This document shows positions 11,237 to 21,636 of a DNA stretch of 64,000 nucleotides, one piece after another. A model generated the notes under the pieces. It was given only the letters and a program-made list of their open reading frames with translations, made no database searches and was not told the DNA's origin. Every line of letters begins with the position of its first letter. The stretch's first letter is position 1. Source of the DNA: Octopus sinensis (taxonomy: Eukaryota). A program made the position numbers and the translations under genes. Where the stretch lies: positions 39,432,001-39,496,000 of the forward strand of contig NC_043000.1 in NCBI RefSeq assembly GCF_006345805.1, written 5' to 3'.

Positions 11237-12762
11237 TTGTCATTTGTGACAAGTTTTGTGTTGTCTAATATGGAATTAGACTTAAGTTCAAAAAAAGACT
11301 TTCCCGAGATGGGAGAAGGTATAACAACTGTTAAACTAAAGGAAACACAGGCAAAACCCAGTTTTTCAGACGCCGTAGGTGGCGAAGTGGAAGAAATGGA
11401 GGTGTCAATGGAAAGACTATTTAAGTTCAGACCGCTTGTGCAAAAAAGTGGTGAAGAAACACGATTGGTACCGCCCCCTGAGACTATACAGGCAATACGG
11501 GAAAAAATGGTCACCTATAAGGTGTACAACATAAAAGAGAAGCGAATGACCGACATGAAAAACGAAGTGGTCGAAAAATGTATAGCACCAATATGGAGCA
11601 AAGTTCGTCATGTCAACCGAGGTGCAAGAAGCGCTACTATTGAAGCGCATTTTGAGACGGCGGAAGAAGCAAGGCAAATTTCGACGCAAACGTTGAAAAA
11701 TGAGCATATTGGGGTGTAGAACAGCAAAAGTGACACTGGAAGATATACCAAGGGGCTACGACGTGATGTGGGCGGCAACAGCGGTCATTTTTGATGTTGA
11801 ATCAAAATTGACAATTTTGAGTATGAAGAGGAAAATAGCAAAACACTGGAGAGGCCAGCAGCTGGAGATGATTATCCAGGCGGAATATGCGACGCTGGAA
11901 AGCCTACCAGACTGAGTCTTCGTGGGGGAGGGGCACTCCATACGAGTTTCGGTGGAAGGACGCAGGCCCAGATGTTTTAAGTGCGGGAAAAAGGGCTACG
12001 TTCGCTCCGTTTGCACAAAGAAAATAATACGGGCAACCCCCCCACACACACACAAAACGCTGTGAAGAACGCAGAGAGCAGCAAAGTGGAGAACAAAGTA
12101 ACGACTGGCGAAAGCAAGGAAGGAAAAAAAACAGTCGAACTCCAAAAAGGAGGAAGAATAGAACGGAATGCAAAATAAGAAAGGAAAGGAGGAGGAAATT
12201 AATGCAACAAAAACAAATATACAAGAAGAGATGGAATTCACGAACGTGTCGAACAAAAGAAAAAAATCCATCACCCCTGACTCCCCACCCGTAACAAAAA
12301 AAAAAAAACAACGCAGACGAACAAATTAAAAATATTCTCCAATCCCACCCCGGCGGTACTACATTTATAGGCCAGCACTTTAACAAACCCCACCCCGCAA
12401 CTGTAAAAGGGCTTAAACCCAATGAAAAATGTATAGCATACACCACAAGGAACGAGAGAGTAGTAACATATGTGAAAGCAAATACGCAGATCAAGTGCTA
12501 CAAAGCGACCGAGAGGGATGCGGAGTGGCGATATGCAAGTGTCAGCGAAGAAGAATGGAAAAGAAACGTCGTCCAAGAACACGTAAAAGCCGGCTTCATT
12601 AAGGATGTCACCCAGGAGATGATGGCTGGTAAATTACACGTCAGCCCGGAAGCCACACCAACCCAGAGCCCGGTGGCAACGCCGGTGAAACGCCCAGCAG
12701 CTACGGCGAGTGGGGGGGAGGGAGACAGGCAGAAGGAATCTCTCGCAACCGTGAGTAAATAA
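11237..12762 (+). pseudogene. Tx1 ORF1 (RNA-binding, CCHC knuckle), frameshifted
   Basis: Pieces at 11237-11719, 11700-11915, ~11940-12020 (RPRCFKCGKKGYVRSVC, His replaced by Tyr), 11981-12178 and 12472-12762. Confidence 0.75.
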
Positions 12763-12776
12763 TTTTCTTTTTTTCG

Positions 12777-15700
12777 ATGATTAAGTTAGGTTGTATAAAT
12801 GTGCGTGGAATGGGGTCGAAATGGAAACAGGCTTGTTTTCTGGACGACCTCATTTCACATAGAATCGATGTAGCTATTGTTACCGAGTCCAAGATGAAAG
12901 GACCCCAAGAGTTCTCACCACTTCTCAATGGTTATGCGAAATTTATTTCTCCTAGCCGGGAGGGAGGTGCAGGCGTGACAGTTCTTTTCAGGAAGAACTT
13001 GGACTTACAGGTAAGTACTGTCTTTCTGGACCCAGAAGATAGGCTGGTTGTCTTAGATGTGACTCACGTGAGTAAGCAGTCCTTCAGGTTGGTGGCTGTC
13101 TACGCTCCTAATGGACGTGGGCAGACCGGTTTTTATCGGGAACTGGAGCACTTTCTAGTGACGTCCAAAACGGTAGTCTTGGTAGGGGATTTCAACACCA
13201 TTCTCGATGCGTGGGTGGATGGTGTAGGCTCGAGCGATAGGAAGGGGAATCCTGGCCTCAAGGCTCTACTAGCGAGCTTTAATCTAGTAGACCGTTTTCG
13301 ACTGGATGAGCCGAACGTTCCACAGTGGACGTGGAGTAATAACGACGGCTCATGCAGATCGTACATAGATAGAGTATTTGTTAAGGAACGAGATAGGAAT
13401 AGTGTTAGCTGTCCACAATTCTCTGTGGTGCCTTACACGGATCACAAACTTGTGACGTGTGAGGTACAGGTAGATAAATGCCATAGACAAGGTCCCGGGT
13501 ACTGGAAAATGAACAAGTCTATTTTGACTTGTGAAGCTTTCTGTACCCGGATTAAGGAATTAATACAGAGGGCATTATGTGGCACCATCATTAATAATAA
13601 ATGGTGGCTCGCCCTCAAAAGAGCCATCCGTTTGGAGTCCATTAGATTTAGCAAACAGCTAAGTTTAGATAGGACTAGAATAGAGGGCGAATTAGTTAAG
13701 AACTTAGACGAGGCTATGGAATCTGGCTGTGTATCCGGAGTGTTGGCAGCGAGAGCGGTATTGTATCGTCACCTCAACGCCAAACACGAGGGGTGTAGAG
13801 TCAGAGCTAAGTTACGTGCAGGAAAACGAGAAGGTATTAACGTTGCCGGATGGGCCCGTCGTGAAGAGAGTCAGAAGGGCAAAAAGTCCTGTATTATGTC
13901 CTTAACTGACGATCAGGACCGCAAGATCTATGAACAGGAGGAGATGCAGAAGGTCCTTCACCAGCATTTCGCACGGCGGTTTGGGGACGGTGGTCCGCTC
14001 GAGCGTGGTGAGACCTTAAAGGACTTCCTAGCTGGTAGGCCTCGGCTCTCGGCAGGTGAGGCGGAGTGCTGTGAAGGATCGATCTCTCCCGCGGAGAGTT
14101 ATGGCCGAGTGCGCCGGGGAAAAGTCGCCGGGGTTGGATGGTCTGCCCTATGAATTTTATTGTGGTATGCCGGACTTGTTCGGGGACATACTGGCAAGCG
14201 TCTATGCAAACTGGCAACAGAATGGGAGGATTCCTAGCTCTGTGAGTCGGGGAGTTGTGACGCTGGTCCAGAAAGACCCGAGCAAGGGGGACAGTATTAG
14301 TAATTATAGGCCCATAACTCTACTTAATGTAAAGTTTAAGATTTTGGCCAAGGTGTTAGCAAAAAGGTTGACGGCTGTCGTGGAGAAACTTGTCGGGAAG
14401 GCACAAACATGTGCAATCCCAGGCAGGTCGATCCAGGATAATCTTCACCTTCTCCGCTACACTATAGATACGGTCGGGAAATTAGACGGCAAAGGAGGGG
14501 CATTGGTCCATTTAGACCAAAGTAAAGCGTTCGATAGGGTAGACCATCGGTACTTGGCGGCGGTCCTCGGGGCTGCTGTGCTGGGCCTTGGCTTTTGCGG
14601 GTGGATCTCAGCTATGTACAGCGGCATCAAGTCCACAGTCCAGATAAACGGTTACCTAACGGAGCCGTTTTCGATCAAGCGTTCAGTTCGTCAAGGGTGC
14701 CCCTTGTCCCCGCTCCTGTATGTTTTGGCTCTTGAACCATTGCTGCGGAAGCTGGAGAAGCTGGGAGGCAACCCTAGTGAAATCGGATGCGGTAAGTCTG
14801 TTTCTGCCTATACGGATGACGTCACCCTCATCGTGTCCAACGGAACACAGCTACCTCGGGTAGCAGGTGCTCTCCAAAGATACGAAGCCGTGGCAGGGGG
14901 AAAAGTTAACAGGGACAAGTCCATCGGTTTGCGCCTCGGCACCTGGAGGAACAAGCCGATACCGTCCAGTGTTGTTGGACACTGGACGGATGGTCCTGTT
15001 AAATTGCTCGGAGTTTGGTTTGGTCCAGACTCCCAGACGGAGAAGAATTGGAGCGAGGTAACGAGCAAGGTGGATGCCATAGTATGGAAGTGGTCCGGAA
15101 GGCATCTTTCCTTGAAAGGAAGGGCGGAGGTGGCACAGATGTTTATAGCCTCTGTCGTCACCTACCGCCTGACCGTCGTGCCTTGCCCCGATTCGTGGTT
15201 AGACAAGTTGGAACGACTCCTTTTGCGCTTTTTGTGGAAAGAAGGAAAGCCACTTGTGAGACGCTCCGTGTGTTGCCAGGAACCGCTAAAGTGTGGACTG
15301 GGGATGCCTTGGCTAATGATGCGCAAGCATGCGTTGAGGCTGAGACACCTCTGGTGTTACCTGGAGGATGATAAGGTGTGGAGTTCGCTGACAGAGGAAT
15401 TCTTCCCGCGACCGGCCTCTATGGAGGGATTTACACCCGGTCTCATTAAAGGACGTAACCTGACTTCATGGCAGGAGTGCCGACAGGCACTCTGGCTAAT
15501 CCACAAGATGGGCAAGGCCGGCAGCGAGAATACCACCTCGGTGTTCTATAAAGGGCTGGTAGAGGGAAAAAATGACGACGTCCTAGGAAGGGCTCTGGGG
15601 TTCGATGAGGATCAACTCGCCAACCTGTTTAAGAAGACTTTCAGGTCGGGGTATTTGGATAATTACCAAAAATCCCTGACCTGGCAGTGCTATAGGAATG

Positions 15701-16155
15701 CATTACCTGTTCGCGAGAAGTTATCCCGGCACGGAATGTCAGTGCCACCGACGTGTCCAAGATGTTGGTTGGACGATGAAACCGTTCAACACGCTTTTGT
15801 ACAATGTCGGGAGCTGTCAGGCTTGATAAGTTACGTTGAACACGTGTTGTCGCATCTGGGACGAGTACAGCTGTCGGCTGGATCTATGATTAAGATGATA
15901 CCGCCAACTGGACTCTCAAAGGAAGGTAAGGCTTGTTTTTACTGTACAGTGGCAGTATTGAAAGAGTGTGTATGGAGAACTAGAATGGAAGGTCTAGTGA
16001 AAGGGTCCTTTATCTCTGGCCCCGGTTTGTTAAAATACTTCGGATATCATCTGAAGAGCAAGATGGGGTTGGAGAAGAGGAGCCTGCCACAGAAAGAGTA
16101 TATGGAACGTTGTAAGGATGTGATGAGAAAGGTGCGTGAGAGTAACCCAGCTTAA
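12777..16155 (+). CDS. Tx1/L1-type ORF2: AP endonuclease, reverse transcriptase and C-terminal CCHC, with one frameshift near 14090
   Basis: APE motifs: INVRGM, LVGDFN, SYIDRVF, TDHKLV. RT motifs: KSPGLDGLPYEFY, NYRPITLLN, LDQSKAFDRVDH, RQGCPLSPLL, AYTDDVT. C-terminus: CPRC..ETVQHAFVQC. Confidence 0.93.
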
Positions 16156-16491
16156 TCATCGAGGAAAGAAAAAATCAGCTGCTGGGATTTATAGGCTGCC
16201 GGGTTCAAAATTGAAACTGGTACCTCCCATCCCCTTTCACTGTACATAACTGTTTAAAATAAAGTAATAATAATAAAAAATAAAACATAGGCCCTAAAAG
16301 TTCTCGTGATAAAGGCAAAAGTAAGCCACGGTTTCGTTTCAAGGCAAAGTAAGCCAAGTTTTCGTTCAAGTTACATAAAATTTTATTTTCGTAATTTTTA
16401 TAATTTCATTCGAACTCGCATAGCATTTTTGTAATTGTTTTGTCCTGTAATGTCCCAATTCTATAGATCACTTGATCATAATAAAGATAAA

Positions 16492-16506
16492 TCCAATCGA
16501 AAACCG
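16492..16506 (+). repeat. Target-site duplication copy 3
   Basis: TCCAATCGAAAACCG, followed directly by the hammerhead-bearing sequence. Confidence 0.92.
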
Positions 16507-16568
16507 GTGATTACCGTACGTTGACGAGAGGCAAAAAAACCCTCGAAACTATAGTCCGTACGTATCAC
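16507..16568 (+). ncRNA. Minimal type I hammerhead ribozyme motif (U3 core variant)
   Basis: Outer stem GUGAU/AUCAC, stem I CGUACG(16515-20)/CGUACG(16557-62), core UUGACGA, stem II GAGG-caaaaaaac-CCUC, GAAA, palindromic helix III ACTATAGT, predicted site GUC at 16554-16556. Confidence 0.85.
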
Positions 16569-16659
16569 TTAGGTTTTCGAGAGGGGATGACCTCCCTTTG
16601 CGAATATCAGAAGGTCACAGAAAGTGTGTCTAAAGCCAGCTGGGGCTAAAAGCTTCAAT

Positions 16660-17578
16660 TTATTAAATGTATTTCATAAATATATTATATTGATATTTAT
16701 AATATTTATGTAAGTAATAATGAACTAATTAATTTATTTATTTATCATTTTATGTGTATATATTTATTGATAGAGTAAATTTTAGACTTTAATTACTATA
16801 TTTGTTGATTATAATTTAGATACTTATTTTAAGATATTTTATAATTATTTGATGTGAACTTAACTCTAAAAATATGAATAGTGATTATGTTATTAAATAA
16901 GTTGTTAATTAGATATTGGACTATAACTGAGTTAAGGATATTCGAGAGTTTATTATGTTTTTTAAAGCCTTATTATATCTTCATAGATAAATACATATTT
17001 CTATCATTTTTTACCTTAAAAATAAATATTTAACATAATAAATGGGTTGTGTGAAATAGTCCTAATGTTTTAAGTTTCTAATTTAGAGAATGGAGTTTTT
17101 TTTATAAAAAAAGTTATTATTTTATTTAGTTCTTAATAAATATTGTTTAACTCTATTTGCTTATTTATTTAACAATTATCATTAATCTGAAGATTGACTA
17201 TAATTTTAGTTCGAATTTATTTCAACTGAATTTAAACTTAATTGTAATTCGAATTTAATTATAGCCATGAAACGTACATAGTGTTTTAACTTACTATATT
17301 ATATTTATCATTCTTTTTATACCTTTTGAAAAGAAAATACTATATATTATATATTATATATTATATTATTATATATTTATATTATATATATATATTATAT
17401 TAATTATATTTATATTATTTGTTATTTATGTCTATCACTGTTTGAGTTGCATAATAGTGGTTTTATCTCTAATTCATATTTTATATATTTTTACTGTGAA
17501 ATTTGATTTAATACTAAATTGAATTTTCCCCTGTAAGTTTGGAGCTATACTCCCTAATATTATTATTATATATATATG
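16660..17578. repeat. Very AT-rich unclassified interspersed repeat
   Basis: The 3' end (TTTTCCCCTGTAAGTTTGG...CCCTAATATT(T)ATTATATAT) recurs at ~62040-62240. Confidence 0.55.
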
Positions 17579-17749
17579 TATATTTGATACAATATTTCAG
17601 TAGCGTCTTCCGGAAACCCTTAATGCATGGTGATAATCGTGGAAAATGTGCCGTGGAAGGGTCCTGAAATTAAAAGAAAATATATATACATGGTGAATAT
17701 TCGTTTCCTCCAAAAGTTAATTAATTATATTATAGCTGAGGCAAGTTGT

Positions 17750-18400
17750 GAAAGAAGGAGTCCGAGGAGGACATGGGATGAAATATTGAGGGTTGTTCAG
17801 AAAACACTGAGTCGAACGAAGGACATGACAGAAGATTCAATGCAAAGGAGATGCAAAGGCTGCAGAGGAGGAAAAAGCTTCTATGCTCTGCTGGATGTGC
17901 AATGTCAGTTGCACATCATGCAATATTAGTGCGACAGAGCACCGATGCATTGAGAGAGAAGTTGAGCAGAAGATGAATTTTATGCAGCGTGCAAAAGAGA
18001 CGACTTCGCTAGTTTGGACATGCGATGCAGATGGATGAGGACAGTTGCATAAACAAGTGTTGATCACTTAAAATGGAGGTAAGTTGCTGAAGCGGGAGAC
18101 CCAGGAAGATGTGGAACGTAGAAGTGAAGTTTGATCTCAAATATAGGAGAGAATTATCGGGCATAAGGGGAATTATATGAAGTGTGCAATGGAGAAGACT
18201 GCGCAGGTTTAGTAATGCTGTGTGGATGGATGAGGGCACTGGATTAAAGAAGTGCCGATCGTATAAAGTAGAGGGAATTTGCGGAAGGGAGACCAAAGAA
18301 GGCATTGGATGAAGTATTGAAGGTGGATCATTACAGATGTGACAGAGAATCGAAATATAGGATACATTTTTACTCAAGAAGACCCACAGTCATTAAGAGA
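17750..18400 (+). mobile_element. Decayed RTE-clade 3' end fragments (also ~21810-22450)
   Basis: Contains degenerate VEG..GRGRPKK.WDEVLK.D-type coding, plus a second RRTWDEIL copy. Confidence 0.65.
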
Positions 18401-18689
18401 ATTGAGATCCTAAAACAAAAGTGCTACGTAAAAAGCATTAGTGTCGGTGATTTTGATATGTGAAAACCTCAGGTGCTGGTGCTATGTAAAAATCACTGGT
18501 GCCAGGGAGAAATCACTAGTGATGGTGCCACATAACAACAGACGTAGAGAAGTGGTTTACATGTTTATAACTGTCGTCGGTGTCATCTACGAGTATTATC
18601 CTCCATTGTGAGTTGATAGATGTGAAAACAGTCCGATCCTGGAATGGGATGTCCTTGAACAGAGGTGACAAGTAAGTTGTCCATTATAT

Positions 18690-19160
18690 TGGTGGTGAGT
18701 CTGAGATGACGTCACTTACATCAAGTTTCTTACGTTGGATTAGTTCAAAAGAGTGCGGCTCCTTCGTCGCAGAAGGTGCACCAAGTTTGCCGGTTCAGAG
18801 CAATGTGTTCACATTGTGCCGGTTGAATGTTGCAGGAGTTGTGAAGATGCTTAAGACGGACCCTGAACATTTTCTGGGGTCCCCTGTATGGCCGAACACC
18901 AATTAACAGTGCTCTGAAGGAGGCCATTTTCGCTAAACGATTGTGAAGTATCCTGAACACCTGACCGACCCATCTTTGAAAACGGCGGTGGATGATGGCT
19001 TCAACACTGAAGATTTGTCATTGCTGGGGAATTTCTGTGTGGGGGACCTTATCTTTATAAGAAATGCCGAAATTCGTTGGAGACAATTGATGTGAAATGC
19101 CTCCCATTTCTTCACATGATGGCGGTGTAAGGTTCCGCATTCACAGCCATACATTAAAAG
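18690..19160 (-). mobile_element. BovB-like RTE C-terminal fragment (also ~22750-23215)
   Basis: MYGCECGTLHRHHVKKWEAFHINCLQRI and LLIGVRPYRGPQKMFRVRLK...EHIALNRQTW resemble the RTE/BovB ORF2 tail. Confidence 0.75.
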
Positions 19161-20178
19161 CTAAAAGCTAAGAGTAAAAGAAAAACGCACAGAGAAAAAG
19201 AGGGTAAAGCGAAGAGTGAGAGAGAAAGAGGGAGAGTTCTGTGTATTTATTCAATAAAATCGTGCATAAAGTATATAAAATGTATATATAATGAGATTTA
19301 ACTTGTCACCGTCTTCCAATTTCCTTTACATTTCAATGATAAGATGAGCGACTGTCATTTGATACAGACAAAACACAGTTTTCAGAAATAACCCCCAAGA
19401 GGTAACCCCATGAAATTTTCATGGGTTTCGCTAGTTATTCTAAATCAGTCCTTCACTTTTCAAAGATTAGCAGATGTGCGATTATCTTTTGATACAGACA
19501 AAACAATGGCTATACTTTCAACTCTTTTGGATAAAGTTATAAGAAACAACCTAATAAGGTGTCAATTATTTCCCTGAAATGTTCACGTCCAATTATGCAT
19601 TGCTAGAAATAACAGCCAAAACATCTCTTAGCTACGATAAAGCACTTATCTTATGACAGATAAGGGAGGCATGCACACTACAGCATCCGAGACATAGAGA
19701 GATTATCAGTGATTTCGCATCTGATTCAGGCTCGTCAGTGGCTCTTACCCGTTGCTCTAGTCTTAAGCTGGCTTCCCTTGTCTGTTTAAAAGGTTCACAG
19801 TAGTAATCTCACTCTGCTTTCATAAATGGTAATTTGAAAATAATAAATTTATAAGGTGGATTATCCGCAATTTAGAAGTGGAAGGCAGAACTATAGATGC
19901 CACTAAACTGAGTAAGGTTCTAGCTTACACCAGCATTGCTAGAAATAACAGTCAAAACAAATCTTGCCCATGATATAACTCTAATCTACCAATCTATCTA
20001 TCTACATACGTACATACATACATACTAGACGCATATATATATACATATATATATGTGTGTATATATACACTCATTTATATATATGTACATATGTATTTTT
20101 ACTTATATACATATATATTTATACATATATATATATATATATATATTAAATTTAAGACAAAACCACTATTATGCAAAT

Positions 20179-20221
<43 letters not shown>

Positions 20222-20357
20222 TAAATTTGAGACAAATCCACTATATGCAAATCAATATATATATTATTATATATATATATATATATATATTATATTAAAT
20301 TAGAGACAAAACCACTATTATGCAAATCAATATATATGTATATATATGTATGTATAT

Positions 20358-20417
<60 letters not shown>

Positions 20418-21636
20418 TGTGTCAACATCTCCATAATGCTGGAATCTCCTCAATAATGCCATTTAAATACAAATTTAAATTGATATTATATTTGTTCCGT
20501 AACTTCTTCACGTGGAACGATGCTTACTTATCCGAATCCACCCGCTCGTTACCACACTGACTCTGACCACGTTTACTAGAAATCTCTCCTTTGTACCGGA
20601 ATATCTCACAGCAACCCTCCCTCGCCCTCCTCCTCTCCCAGTCGTGACACCCACATTGCTGAAAGTCATACACATCCATGGTTGCTTCCTTCTCCGTCTC
20701 CAACAAAATAAAAGTAATCGTGACCACGCCATTCTTGGTTCTCATTGCTTAGTTAATTAGTCACTAACAATATATAATAAATTAACTACCCTTTTGCTAT
20801 TTGTCTACCTAAATTAATGCATTCTTTACCCATAACCATCTTTTCTATGTAACTTAACGAATTAGTGACGCATATCTTATTTGTGTACCTAAATTAACGA
20901 ATTATCTACCCGTATCCTATCTCATTTAACGAATAACCAATCCTTCATCCTCTTTTGTCTACCTAACTTAAGAAATTAACTACCCATATTTTATCCGTTT
21001 ACCTACCTTATTTACCTGCATTTGTATTAACATCGCTTTGTACTAATGCCGGTATACGGTACCCACCACCGTTGGTGGTGACAAGAATTATATATGTATT
21101 TGCTAATATAAGAATTATATATGAATTATATATGTGTATTTGCATATATCTTAACTAACACTGTTGTACTAATGAAGATACAACACTCATATCCAGTGGC
21201 TGTAACATGAATTATTGTGCATTATATACGAGGACAATTGTTACCACATGTTTATTGTCAAATGCTCATTACGACCATCTTTTTGATACAAATGTCTTCC
21301 TGGGGCTAAAAGCAACAGTATCACTGTCCTGTATAGGACCGCCACATTTAGTTGGCAAATATATTTTATGAATAAACGGATAGGGATAAATAAATAGACA
21401 CACAAATACATAAATGGGTGAAAAATTCAAAATTTTAAATTGGGGAGAAAGGATTGAATTTGAGCTCCTTACTAAACTTCATTACATCAATTTTTTGAAA
21501 GACATTTTTATAAATTTGAAAGATTATAAATTGTTTATAAAAAGATTATAAATTGTTTTATAAAGATAATTTTCAAAAAATATACTTCCGAAATAGTTGG
21601 AAGAAATTTCATAAAGCTGGAATGATCAGAAGAAAC

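Larger units (their letters stand above)
11014..16491 (+). mobile_element. Near full-length Tx1-clade non-LTR retrotransposon, element B
   Basis: T-rich 5' UTR, ORF1 of about 11270-12762 (frameshifted), ORF2 at 12777-16155, and a 3' UTR ending AATAAAGATAAA. Flanked by the 15-bp TSD. Confidence 0.93.
17580..20400. repeat. ~2.8-kb segmental duplicate, copy 1 of 21637-24420
   Basis: Near-identical sequence beginning ATATTTGATACAATATTTCAGTAGCG at both sites, offset about 4057 bp. Confidence 0.95.

Noticed and set aside
14056-14153. Programmed frameshift between the APE and RT halves of ORF2
   Set aside because: No slippery site is evident. L1/Tx1 ORF2 is normally a single frame, and the window has many indels, so decay or sequencing error is more likely.
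13894-15371. Antisense and alternative-frame ORFs within Tx1 ORF2
   Set aside because: These are shadow ORFs of a GC-balanced coding region with no motifs.
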